Part shown: positions 1 through 8,813 of the stretch, in pieces | How positions within the stretch are numbered: position 1 is the stretch's first letter | How the letters are laid out: each line of letters starts with the position of its first letter | DNA from: a virus | Lineage: Duplodnaviria > Caudoviricetes | Virus record (IMG/VR): IMGVR_UViG_3300033519_000155 | Span: 22,925-86,924 of that record | DNA: 64,000 nucleotides | Direction: 5' to 3' (one strand) | The notes under the pieces: model-generated | Told to the model about the DNA's origin: nothing | The model's database searches: none | What the model saw: the letters and a program-made list of their open reading frames with translations, nothing else | Translations under genes and position numbers: made by a program

Positions 1-353
1 AATTCTCTTCCACATTCGCATTTATCATTATAAAAGTCTAAACATCCCCCACAAAAATAACCAGATAATCCACAGGAACATTTCCAAGCGTAATAAACCA
101 CTTTACCCTTATCTTCTCCGCATCTATCACAAATTGTATAACCCGATGCTCTTTCTTTTACTTTTAAATACGCTTGCTCTAATTCAAGATTTATATGGGC
201 AAACGCATCACTTATTTGAGTATCCATATCTTTTAACTGACAGGAAATTTCTATAACCATATCTTGAAATTTCTCCCTAACATTTTTTTCTAAGTCATGA
301 AATTTTGTTTTTAATACATTATATTCTTTATAAAGCTCTCTCTTTTCATTCAT
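1..353 (-). CDS. Hypothetical protein, coiled-coil plus Cys-rich C-terminus (partial, runs off window)
   Basis: Hand-translated MNEKRELYKEY...CDRCGED...CSCG...CGGC...CECG; GGAGG upstream; not in ORF track. Confidence 0.75.
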   Translation of the reverse strand, partial: MNEKRELYKEYNVLKTKFHDLEKNVREKFQDMVIEISCQLKDMDTQISDAFAHINLELEQAYLKVKERASGYTICDRCGEDKGKVVYYAWKCSCGLSGYFCGGCLDFYNDKCECGRE

Positions 354-507
354 TTATTTTTTCCTCCATTTCTTTCCAACAATCTTTACAATATAAAAAA
401 CTATCCATATCACAGTCTGAACATTCGTGAAATATCTTTCCACAACCCCGACAAAGAAACTCCCAAATTTTATCACAGTCCTCTCCGCACCATTCACAAG
501 TTGTCAT
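346..507 (-). CDS. 53-aa Cys-rich Zn-finger microprotein
   Basis: Hand-translated MTTCEWCGEDCDKIWEFLCRGCGKIFHECSDCDMDSFLYCKDCWKEMEEKINE; fills the gap between neighbours and overlaps the next start. Confidence 0.75.
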   Translation of the reverse strand: MTTCEWCGEDCDKIWEFLCRGCGKIFHECSDCDMDSFLYCKDCWKEMEEKINE

Positions 508-511
508 AGCT

Positions 512-1096
512 TCAGGCATTTGAACTCCCCCAAGTCAATTTAGGTTCGTGACTACATAAAGGACATAAGTATTGTTGTCTTGTCTTATTAAATTTAGGGT
601 CTTTCGTATAACAGTATTCACATAACTGAACCTCTGAAAAATCGTAAATAAACTGATTTTTCTTAAAATAATGTTTCAAATACAAACCACTATTAGGATA
701 AACACGAATTCGAGTCATTTTTGGTAGAGGTGCTACATCATTCCAATCCTCTAATTTAGTAATTTCTGCATCTTCCGAGAATACCCACATAGGTTTATTA
801 CGAAGTCCTAATCGAACTTCCATCACCTCAAATGTTCCCGTAGCTTCAAAACAATTATCACAGGCAACCACTCCATCATCTTCATACTCAACCTGATATA
901 ATTTACCAGTTTTAAGTTGCTTTAATCCTATGTATCTTCCAGCAAAATAAATATCTTTTCGTTGATTTATTGGTCTTGTCTGGTCAACGTGATATTTGAT
1001 TATTACTTTCTGCCCATTCCATCTTTCAGGAACTACAAATTTTTGAAAAGTTACATTCATACCTAATTTAGCATCTTCTAATTTACAAATAGACAT
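512..1096 (-). CDS. Hypothetical protein (KP-[FM]-[YW]-V family paralog) with C-terminal CxxC pair
   Basis: ORF track; EVRLGLRNKPMWV motif; CEYC...CPLC. Confidence 0.8.
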   Translation of the reverse strand: MSICKLEDAKLGMNVTFQKFVVPERWNGQKVIIKYHVDQTRPINQRKDIYFAGRYIGLKQLKTGKLYQVEYEDDGVVACDNCFEATGTFEVMEVRLGLRNKPMWVFSEDAEITKLEDWNDVAPLPKMTRIRVYPNSGLYLKHYFKKNQFIYDFSEVQLCEYCYTKDPKFNKTRQQYLCPLCSHEPKLTWGSSNA

Positions 1097-1350
1097 TACT
1101 TATCCTCCTTATACTTTGAATATAATTTTTTAAGTAACTTCCAATCTTTATGATATTTGTTTAATCTTTTCCAGTCCTCTTCAGAAATTCGTGGAAATTT
1201 CTGTTTTAACTCATTAATAGAAGGTTTATCCCAACCTATAATAACTCCATACACCCATACATCTTCACTACATAAAGACATATCTTTACTTGTAGTTGCT
1301 AATAGAGTTTCTAATGACTCAAACATATCTTTAGGTTCATATCTGCCCAT
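1096..1350 (-). CDS. Hypothetical protein
   Basis: ORF track; tightly packed, SD upstream. Confidence 0.75.
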   Translation of the reverse strand: MGRYEPKDMFESLETLLATTSKDMSLCSEDVWVYGVIIGWDKPSINELKQKFPRISEEDWKRLNKYHKDWKLLKKLYSKYKEDK

Positions 1351-1361
1351 AAAATTTCTCC

Positions 1362-1559
1362 TTACTCGTAGTAATTACTTTTTAATTTTTCAATCTTACC
1401 ATCTAGCATTTTTACTATTTTTTCTTTTAAATCTGCCACTACTACTGCTGTTATTTCATCAATTTCCATATCTGTTTTGCATTTCTTTTTTGGTTTTTTA
1501 GGTTTCACATAAGGTATTACAATACCATCAATAGTAGTTTCATAAAATCCTCGTTTCAT
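1362..1559 (-). CDS. Hypothetical protein
   Basis: ORF track; operon context. Confidence 0.7.
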   Translation of the reverse strand: MKRGFYETTIDGIVIPYVKPKKPKKKCKTDMEIDEITAVVVADLKEKIVKMLDGKIEKLKSNYYE

Positions 1560-1562
1560 TGT

Positions 1563-2000
1563 TTATTCCTCCACATAAATAGTCTTGCCTTTTTCAAAAT
1601 TTACTTTATTCTCAAAAGGTTTTGTTTTATACTTTACTATATCATCAGGATAAACTTTCATTTTCAAAAGCATTTTAAAACTTTCATATGTTCGTATATT
1701 TTTTGGGGGGAAATTAAGATAACCTGTTTTACTTAAAATATCCTGCTCTCTCACATAAAAAGGTTTATTCATTATACCAATCCTTATCTCATAACAACCT
1801 AAAGAACCAGTTGCAAAAAAAGCATAACCATAATCACTGTCATAATCTCTATCACCCATTAGCAGATACTTAAATCCAGTTACCTGCCCAACTGGAAAAG
1901 GTTCTTGTAATTTTACAACGTGCAAAATTCTTCCTGCACCATATATTTTTCCTTTTACTACTCTTGAAAATTCAACAAAATTTCCTATATCGTAACGCAT
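1563..2000 (-). CDS. Hypothetical protein (KP-[FM]-[YW]-V family paralog)
   Basis: ORF track; GGAGG SD; EIRIGIMNKPFYVREQD. Confidence 0.8.
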   Translation of the reverse strand: MRYDIGNFVEFSRVVKGKIYGAGRILHVVKLQEPFPVGQVTGFKYLLMGDRDYDSDYGYAFFATGSLGCYEIRIGIMNKPFYVREQDILSKTGYLNFPPKNIRTYESFKMLLKMKVYPDDIVKYKTKPFENKVNFEKGKTIYVEE

Positions 2001-2010
2001 ATAAACCTCC

Positions 2011-2319
2011 CTATGATACTTTTTTAGTATCGTTCATATTTACAACTTTTACTATAGGAATATAAGGTAAATAAATATACCCTTTATTTTTAGATTTAGG
2101 TTCTTTGTATTTTTCATCTAATCTATTAAAACTTTCTTCTGCTTCACATTCCATACTTGGGATTTTTACTTCATCAACTTTATACAATTTTATAAAATAC
2201 CTATTCTTACAAATATGGCAGTAACCCATTAATTGAAGATTTTCTACCACCTCACTCTCTATAGCAAAATCTTCTTCCTCTGAGTCTTTATTAACACAGT
2301 TAGGACAATAAAGTATCAT
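2011..2319 (-). CDS. Zn-ribbon hypothetical protein
   Basis: CPNC...CHIC; ATGA overlap with upstream gene. Confidence 0.75.
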   Translation of the reverse strand: MILYCPNCVNKDSEEEDFAIESEVVENLQLMGYCHICKNRYFIKLYKVDEVKIPSMECEAEESFNRLDEKYKEPKSKNKGYIYLPYIPIVKVVNMNDTKKVS

Positions 2320-2624
2320 TTTATTTCCTCCGGTAACTTATAGGTATTAAAACCTACATAGTCCAGATATTTTACATCCTTAGTTTCAACAATTTCATAA
2401 CAGCGTAACTCATATTTATATTTAGCTTTTAATCTTTTTAAAGCATCTTTCATACTAAGCTCAGACATAGTATTAAAATTACTCTTTTGAAATCCACAAA
2501 AAGACCACCCTTCTCTCTGTGTATTATGCCTGTCTTGGTAAAGATTTCTTTGTGTTACTATACCGAGAAACATTTGTCTGTGGTTTAATACTACCCATTG
2601 TCTCTTTTTATCACTCTCTATCAT
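2316..2624 (-). CDS. Hypothetical protein
   Basis: ORF track 2316..2642; ATG at 2624 preferred because GAGGAGG precedes it. Confidence 0.7.
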   Translation of the reverse strand: MIESDKKRQWVVLNHRQMFLGIVTQRNLYQDRHNTQREGWSFCGFQKSNFNTMSELSMKDALKRLKAKYKYELRCYEIVETKDVKYLDYVGFNTYKLPEEIK

Positions 2625-2769
2625 CTTTAATTCCCTCCTCAAATATTTCTGTTTTTTGTTTTTCCAGAATTAATTTTCCATCTTTAAATACTGGAATGTA
2701 AACATAAGTTCCATCTTCTTCCTCTGTTGCCAATATATCAAAAGTATAACCTTTATATAATATGCACAT
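2611..2769 (-). CDS. 52-aa hypothetical protein
   Basis: Hand-translated MCILYKGYTFDILATEEEDGTYVYIPVFKDGKLILEKQKTEIFEEGIKDDRE; AAGGAG SD; not in ORF track. Confidence 0.7.
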   Translation of the reverse strand: MCILYKGYTFDILATEEEDGTYVYIPVFKDGKLILEKQKTEIFEEGIKDDRE

Positions 2770-2780
2770 ATTAAATCTCC

Positions 2781-2978
2781 TTAAATAAAGAAAGATTTCA
2801 TATATGCTTCGTGTTCTGCTTGAAGTTTTTCTTTTTCAACTAAAAATTTTGCGTCTTTAATTAATTCTTCAGGTTCTATATTTCCGACAGCATTATCTTG
2901 AATAAACTCTACAAGTATTTCTATCACTTTTATTAATACTTTCTCACTCACAAAATTAGACATAATTAAACACCCCAA
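2781..2978 (-). CDS. Hypothetical protein
   Basis: ORF track; operon context. Confidence 0.65.
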   Translation of the reverse strand: MGCLIMSNFVSEKVLIKVIEILVEFIQDNAVGNIEPEELIKDAKFLVEKEKLQAEHEAYMKSFFI

Positions 2979-3289
2979 TCATCTTCTTTTTCAAATTCTT
3001 CTACTCCTGCACCTGCATAAGGTAACTTAATTTTCCCTCTATGCAATTCTGGTAACTCTCCTGTTTCAGCAAAATACTCTAAAATTTGTGCAACTTGTCT
3101 AGCTTGACTTCGGGTCAGGTGCATACGTCTATTAAGATATTCTCCAGTGCTGGCAACAACAGGATTATCACACCCTACCCATATACAATTTTTTGATGCT
3201 AAAGAACTTTTTTGAATTGAGTAGGGTTCTTTATAAAAATCTTTAGCATCAATATAGGAAAATCCTCTAAGTGTTACTTGGTTTTTCAT
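2966..3289 (-). CDS. Hypothetical phage protein
   Basis: ORF track; AGGAGGT SD. Confidence 0.8.
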   Translation of the reverse strand: MKNQVTLRGFSYIDAKDFYKEPYSIQKSSLASKNCIWVGCDNPVVASTGEYLNRRMHLTRSQARQVAQILEYFAETGELPELHRGKIKLPYAGAGVEEFEKEDDWGV

Positions 3290-3301
3290 AATTTTACCTC
3301 C

Positions 3302-3466
3302 TTAATACCATTGTCCACCTTGATATGTTACTTCCTTTACTTGAATTTTGAAATGACTGTTGCACTCTTCACAATGGAGGATTTCTTTTTCAACATCTTC
3401 CATTTCGCACTCTAACTCATTAGCATCTCCATCATACTTTCCACAATAAGGACAATACAGTTTCAT
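3302..3466 (-). CDS. 54-aa Zn-ribbon microprotein
   Basis: Hand-translated MKLYCPYCGKYDGDANELECEMEDVEKEILHCEECNSHFKIQVKEVTYQGGQWY; GGAGG SD. Confidence 0.8.
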   Translation of the reverse strand: MKLYCPYCGKYDGDANELECEMEDVEKEILHCEECNSHFKIQVKEVTYQGGQWY

Positions 3467-3468
3467 AC

Positions 3469-3690
3469 CTAGTCCTCCAATCTCTGTTCTATTTTTGCAA
3501 TTTTTTCAAACAAAACTTCTTCTAATTTACTATTTATTGCAAATAACATTTGAACTTGCCCTGTTAACATATTCAATCGGTCAACCATTTCCCATAAACC
3601 CTTATCTAATTCAGCAATGTAAGGTGCAATTACCTTTTCAACATTCTGTTTAAATGCTTCATCATACAAATTCTGTAAAACTTTATCCAT
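3469..3690 (-). CDS. Hypothetical coiled-coil protein
   Basis: ORF track; TAATG coupling. Confidence 0.75.
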   Translation of the reverse strand: MDKVLQNLYDEAFKQNVEKVIAPYIAELDKGLWEMVDRLNMLTGQVQMLFAINSKLEEVLFEKIAKIEQRLED

Positions 3691-3878
3691 TAACTATTTC
3701 CCCCTAAACTTAAATTATTAAAAGCACATTCTCTTTTCTTTATTAGCGTAACAAGACAATCTTTATTTACATAAATCTCCAACTTTATCATATCTACATC
3801 AGCTAATTTGTAACCTTTAGGTTTTAGCATTTTTAAAATAGTATAATCTATGTTGTTTAAAGTAATCTCTTTCTTCAT
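3690..3878 (-). CDS. Hypothetical protein
   Basis: ORF track. Confidence 0.7.
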   Translation of the reverse strand: MKKEITLNNIDYTILKMLKPKGYKLADVDMIKLEIYVNKDCLVTLIKKRECAFNNLSLGGNS

Positions 3879-3888
3879 TACCTGTTAC

Positions 3889-4842
3889 CTATTTGTTATC
3901 CTTTCTTGAAATATAAACAGTCCCGGAATATTCTTTACGCAAATCTCTAAATAAGTCATTTATCCGAGTGTTCATTCTGTCTTTCTTTCCCTGAGAAGTT
4001 ACAAAATTTGTTAACTTCCTTATTTCAATTTTAACCATATCAACAAAATCATCAAAGGACAGTTCTTTACCCAAAAATTCTACAAAACTTTTCCCGGAAC
4101 AATACGGACATTTAACTATAGGTTTATTATAGGGTTCTATTAAACTTTCTATAAATAAGTCTAAATTACGTAATAAATCTCCATAATCTTTTCCCACTAA
4201 TGGAGGAATATGGTCTCTTTTTATAACATAAATACTATGTTTTTCCTGAGTAAAAGGATTTTTTCTATATAAACGAATTTCCCCTGAATATTCATACATA
4301 TCTACCTCTAAATAATTTTTATTAACCCTTTCAGCTAATTCCTTACAGAGAATAGTCCAAACAACATCTCTATGAAACGTGCAGGGTAAATTTATCCACT
4401 CTTTTTTTGGATAAGTTATTTCATGCAATAAAGAAACATCAATATTACCCAAGTATTTTATATTTGAAACTTCAAGCTCGGTTTGAGAGCTACTTATCTG
4501 AAAAGGCACAAGGGTAAATACATCTGAATATTCTCCTGTGCGTTCGTAATAATCATCAAGTCCTTCTGGAAGATTTTGATATTCTTCCGCAGAAATATCC
4601 GATTTTGCCACATAGGGAGATGTGGAAACATAACGAGGATTTATCATTTCCTGTGATTTTCTTGTTAATTCCACTGGATATTCCTCACATTCCCACCAGT
4701 GAGTTAATTCAGTAGATTTACAAAATTCTAAAAAAGGTTTACCATTTACTAAATAATTTTTTCTATCTCCCGAATAAATATCACCAAAATTTATAAAATA
4801 TCCTCCCTTAGTCTTTTTGATTATCTCTAAATTTATCATCAT
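3889..4842 (-). CDS. Hypothetical protein
   Basis: 317-aa ORF; CPYC motif. Confidence 0.85.
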   Translation of the reverse strand: MMINLEIIKKTKGGYFINFGDIYSGDRKNYLVNGKPFLEFCKSTELTHWWECEEYPVELTRKSQEMINPRYVSTSPYVAKSDISAEEYQNLPEGLDDYYERTGEYSDVFTLVPFQISSSQTELEVSNIKYLGNIDVSLLHEITYPKKEWINLPCTFHRDVVWTILCKELAERVNKNYLEVDMYEYSGEIRLYRKNPFTQEKHSIYVIKRDHIPPLVGKDYGDLLRNLDLFIESLIEPYNKPIVKCPYCSGKSFVEFLGKELSFDDFVDMVKIEIRKLTNFVTSQGKKDRMNTRINDLFRDLRKEYSGTVYISRKDNK

Positions 4843-5113
4843 ATTCTCTCCTTATCTTTTTTATAAATTTTCTACCTTTTTTGATAAACCAGTTATAATT
4901 TGAAATATCCTCACTTATTGACGTAATAAAATCTTCAGCATCTTCTTCATTATCAAACTCTAATTTCATACCTCCATTATCACAATCTACTATCATATTT
5001 AAAGTATCATCAAAAGACTCATAACTATTGCTATCTAAACTTCTCCATTTCCCCTTTGAAAAAGTAAAAATAATACTTTCATTATCCGAATACGTAACAG
5101 TTGCTTTTAACAT
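4808..5113 (-). CDS. Acidic hypothetical protein
   Basis: ORF track; SD GAGAAAGGGG. Confidence 0.75.
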   Translation of the reverse strand: MLKATVTYSDNESIIFTFSKGKWRSLDSNSYESFDDTLNMIVDCDNGGMKLEFDNEEDAEDFITSISEDISNYNWFIKKGRKFIKKIRREYDDKFRDNQKD

Positions 5114-5131
5114 CTTATTTCCCCTTTCTCA

Positions 5132-5302
5132 CTAATGTTTTGCTACTAAAGAAACAAACCAAAATTCCCTATGACAATTAATACAAGAACACCTGTAAAA
5201 ACTTTTTGTTTTTACTAACCCGAAATGTTCGTTCTTATCATCTTTTTCAAGAATTTTTATATTATTACTCTGACAATAAGGACATTCCAATAGGTTTGAC
5301 AA
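5132..5302 (-). CDS. 56-aa Zn-ribbon microprotein (TTG start)
   Basis: Hand-translated MSNLLECPYCQSNNIKILEKDDKNEHFGLVKTKSFYRCSCINCHREFWFVSLVAKH; AGGAGG 9 nt before TTG. Confidence 0.7.
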   Translation of the reverse strand: MSNLLECPYCQSNNIKILEKDDKNEHFGLVKTKSFYRCSCINCHREFWFVSLVAKH

Positions 5303-5597
5303 CTTTTAAGTCCTCCTCTCTTACATAGAAAGGTTTACGAGAAAGATTTACCTTTACTTCAACAAAATTCTCTGCTGCTGTAGGTCTAAACCTACTAACA
5401 TTAACATAAATCCCTTCTCTTAAATTAGTAGTTCCTGTTACAACTCCTCGTATAGGTAAACCAAAATTATACTGAACAAATCTCTTTTTCTTCCTTTCTC
5501 CAACTCGTTCCAATTCCTCAGTAAACCATTCAGATTTCGTGTGTTTACAAAATTCTACAATGTCTCCAAGCTGGATATTGAATTTGTATTTTCCCAT
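5265..5597 (-). CDS. Hypothetical protein (KP-[FM]-[YW]-V family paralog)
   Basis: GDIVEF...GVVTG...EVKVNLSRKPFYVREED. Confidence 0.8.
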   Translation of the reverse strand: MGKYKFNIQLGDIVEFCKHTKSEWFTEELERVGERKKKRFVQYNFGLPIRGVVTGTTNLREGIYVNVSRFRPTAAENFVEVKVNLSRKPFYVREEDLKVVKPIGMSLLSE

Positions 5598-5749
5598 TTT
5601 ATCACCCCCTCATTAATTAAATCTAAAAACTTGTTTCTACTAACAAGATAAATTCCGGTAGGGTCTTGCACAGGAATTAATAAATGGAGTAAGATTAATC
5701 TTCTCATTAATTCTATACTCCATTTATACATTTTTTCTTCAAAAATCAT
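5555..5749 (-). CDS. Hypothetical protein, first gene of an operon
   Basis: AAGGAGG SD; directly downstream of a consensus promoter. Confidence 0.7.
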   Translation of the reverse strand: MIFEEKMYKWSIELMRRLILLHLLIPVQDPTGIYLVSRNKFLDLINEGVIKWENTNSISSLETL

Positions 5750-5776
5750 ATGATACCCTCCTTACTTACAAGTTAC

Positions 5777-5805
5777 ATTATATCATATGATTTTATGATT
5801 GTCAA
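5777..5805 (-). promoter_or_regulatory. sigma70-type promoter
   Basis: TTGACA-17-TATAAT with TGn. Confidence 0.9.
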
Positions 5806-5814
5806 CTTATTTAA

Positions 5815-8802
5815 TTATTTTGCATCAAACCAATTAGTTGCCATATGTCCTTCTACAGGTAACTCAATTCTAAGTTTAACGGCATTTTCCATCAAATCTT
5901 TTGTCATATTAAATAGTTCCTCTGCTTTTTCTTTTTTAATAATTATGTTGATCTCATCATGGATTTGACTTAATAATCTATAATTTACAAATAAATCTCC
6001 AGATTTTCTTAATTTACTTCTTATATTTCGCATTGCTATAGCAACTATATCTGCTGCCCCTCCTTGAATACCTGTTTGACCTGTAATATAGGTCATACCT
6101 TCTCTACGAGCAACAACAGTTCCATGTTTCATAGTTGGACACCACATTAAACATGTGGTCTTATATACTTGTAAATCTTTTTTCTGTAATTGCACTTTGT
6201 CTCTTTTTAATAAAGATATATTATAACACCCAGTCATTTTAGGAACATTTTTTAATTTATCACTTTGTGGAGAATACTTACTCATATCTCTATATTTACC
6301 ATTACTACTTATACCAGACAACACACAAAGCATTTGAAACATATCCATCTTCTTCTTTGTTCCACAACACATAACTTCTTTAATTGTTCCCACACCTGCG
6401 CCATCACCTCTTAACATTTCTCTTAATAAAATATTACATTGCCGTTGAGACAAAGAACATAAAAATTCAGAAGTTAACACACGTTCAGGAAATAACTTAC
6501 GTATTTCCCTACTAAAACTAATGTTTAATTTCCAGCAACAACACTCTGTAAATTTAGCAGTATAACAATTATATCTTATATTTAAATTATTTAATAACTT
6601 GTTTATATCTGCCACTTTTTCAGGATTTGCTCTTTTACTTTGAGAAATACCTATTATACCCCTATGTTTACAATAATAACCATCAGTTAAAATCCAACCA
6701 ACTAAACGAATAAAATCATCAGAATATAAATCATTATCAGGCATCATATTTTCACACGTTCTTAATATTCTATCATCTCCCCATAATGAAATTGTAGAAG
6801 ATGTAACAAATCTATTTCGTTTAGGTTCTTTACTATAAACTAACCATTTATGGTTAGGAGTTGTAAGAGCACTAAAAGCTCGATGTTTAAATTCATAAAC
6901 ATCTCCATGATAATCTGGAAATATAGACAATCCTATAGGATAATCCCACTCCATCTTACCATCTAATGAAACAGTCGCACATTTAACTTCCCCCAGTGCA
7001 TTTTTTATTTCCCAAACATTCATCCATCCCTGTTCAGTTAAAATTTCAGTTTTTTCATCAAAACAGTTAACCGCACGTCTTTCATCGGAAGAAATTTCAC
7101 TATAAATTTTTCGTCTTTCCACAGGGTCTTCTATTCGACCGAGAGTTTTTGCCATTTGCAAAGCTAATAAAGGTCTTTTCCTACCAACTAGAGTTTTTAC
7201 AAAACCAAATTCTCTACCATAGCGTTTCTGTCGGAGAACATATTTTGCTACACCTTCATATTTGTGCATAAACACATCTAAACTATTCCGTGCTTCTTCT
7301 ACAGAAATTTCATCTGCAAAAGTTTCTGCTTCTTTATTTATAATATCTGCCATACCTCTTCCCGAAATTCCATAAACTGTGCCGAAGGAAACTTGCTTGC
7401 CCTTTCTACGCACATCAGGGTATTTGTCTTTTACTTCATGCACTTCACAGGGAAGATTAAAACAGTCTTTTGTAACTTGTGAATGAACATCTCCATTATT
7501 TTGATAAACTTTTAAAAGAATTTTATCCTGAGAAACATGTGTTACTATTCTTAACTCTAATTGGTTATAGTCAAGAGTTCCCCATACCCAATTATCATCA
7601 GGTATTTTAAATACTTTGCGTATTGGAAATTCCTTACTTGTAGGAATATTCTGAAAATTTGGCATAGAGCTTGATAATCTACCTGTCCGAGTTCCTAATT
7701 GCCAAAAATTTGAATAAAGTTTTCTGTCAACTATTTGGTCTAAAAAACCATCAACATATGTGCCCAAAAGCTTTTTTAATTTTCTATAACGTAATAAAGC
7801 AGTAGCAATTTCATACTTCTTGTTTTCAAGTTTTTCTCCAGAAAGATATTCTTTATGCCTTTTTCTAAAATTTAAAAGCACATTAACATCGGTGCAGAAA
7901 TCACCTTTTTTATTCTCTTCTCCGAGAGGTTCTAACTTTAAAGTTGAGAAAAGAATTTTACTAAGTTGCTTTGTGGAATTAATATTAAATTCTTCTCCTG
8001 CTAATTCATAAAGCTGTTTCTTTAATATTTCAAGTTCTGCTCTTATCTTTTCACCCATTTCTATTAAATACTCTGTGTCTATATCTGACCCCTGAGTTTC
8101 CATTTCAGTAACTACTTTTACAAAGGGTAATTCCAAATCATAGTAAACAGTATTATATTCTGCTTCTATTAAAGGTTTAAAGTATTCATATAACTTATAA
8201 GTCTGAATAGCATCGTGCCATGCATATCCCCCTAAATCTTTTATGGGAACTAAATCCACTCGGAGAACTCCAGTTTTAGACTCCTTTGTGGCAAGTTCCG
8301 CTAACTCGGTCATTTCTTCCCCTAATAATTCTTTTGATAAAGTTTTTAATTTATGTTCTCTGTCCATTTGTAGCAACCAACTGGCAATCATAGTATCCCA
8401 AAATTGTGTTTCCGTATTTATATCAGAATACTCAGGAGGTTTACCTACAGGATTTTTTGACCACCTAAAATATCTACTATCATAAAGATAAACGTCTTGC
8501 AAACCATAACTTTTAAAATCTGCTTTTGCATTATGAAGTATCTTTAGTTTAGTTTCATCTTCTAAATATGGTTTAAGTTTATCCATTGTTTCTTTTATGT
8601 CCAACTGAGGTTCTAATGTATTGTGCCCTAATGGAATATAATAACCATGATAATTATTCCCTTCTTTAAAGGCAAAAGAAGTTCCTACGAAATGAACATC
8701 TGGATAACCCCTATCCACATACTCTGAGTCCAATGCAAATGTTTGATATTTGTCTAAATCTTTTAATAAACAATCCAGTTCTTTCTCATTCCTTACTATC
8801 AT
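5815..8802 (-). CDS. polA: Family A DNA polymerase with 3'-5' exonuclease, intein-containing
   Basis: ExoI ALDSEY, ExoII HNAKAD, ExoIII YAWHDA; motif A DYNQLELR, B RRKGKQVSFGTVYG, C QIHDE; TGRLSS. Confidence 0.97.
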   Translation of the reverse strand: MIVRNEKELDCLLKDLDKYQTFALDSEYVDRGYPDVHFVGTSFAFKEGNNYHGYYIPLGHNTLEPQLDIKETMDKLKPYLEDETKLKILHNAKADFKSYGLQDVYLYDSRYFRWSKNPVGKPPEYSDINTETQFWDTMIASWLLQMDREHKLKTLSKELLGEEMTELAELATKESKTGVLRVDLVPIKDLGGYAWHDAIQTYKLYEYFKPLIEAEYNTVYYDLELPFVKVVTEMETQGSDIDTEYLIEMGEKIRAELEILKKQLYELAGEEFNINSTKQLSKILFSTLKLEPLGEENKKGDFCTDVNVLLNFRKRHKEYLSGEKLENKKYEIATALLRYRKLKKLLGTYVDGFLDQIVDRKLYSNFWQLGTRTGRLSSSMPNFQNIPTSKEFPIRKVFKIPDDNWVWGTLDYNQLELRIVTHVSQDKILLKVYQNNGDVHSQVTKDCFNLPCEVHEVKDKYPDVRRKGKQVSFGTVYGISGRGMADIINKEAETFADEISVEEARNSLDVFMHKYEGVAKYVLRQKRYGREFGFVKTLVGRKRPLLALQMAKTLGRIEDPVERRKIYSEISSDERRAVNCFDEKTEILTEQGWMNVWEIKNALGEVKCATVSLDGKMEWDYPIGLSIFPDYHGDVYEFKHRAFSALTTPNHKWLVYSKEPKRNRFVTSSTISLWGDDRILRTCENMMPDNDLYSDDFIRLVGWILTDGYYCKHRGIIGISQSKRANPEKVADINKLLNNLNIRYNCYTAKFTECCCWKLNISFSREIRKLFPERVLTSEFLCSLSQRQCNILLREMLRGDGAGVGTIKEVMCCGTKKKMDMFQMLCVLSGISSNGKYRDMSKYSPQSDKLKNVPKMTGCYNISLLKRDKVQLQKKDLQVYKTTCLMWCPTMKHGTVVARREGMTYITGQTGIQGGAADIVAIAMRNIRSKLRKSGDLFVNYRLLSQIHDEINIIIKKEKAEELFNMTKDLMENAVKLRIELPVEGHMATNWFDAK
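6076..7065 (-). mobile_element. 330-aa intein with LAGLIDADG homing endonuclease in DNA polymerase
   Basis: ERRAVN|CFDEKTEILT...WCPTMKHGTVVARREGMTYITGQ|TGIQGGAAD; LAGLIDADG-like VGWILTDG and LREMLRGDG. Confidence 0.93.
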
Positions 8803-8813
8803 AACTATCCCCC

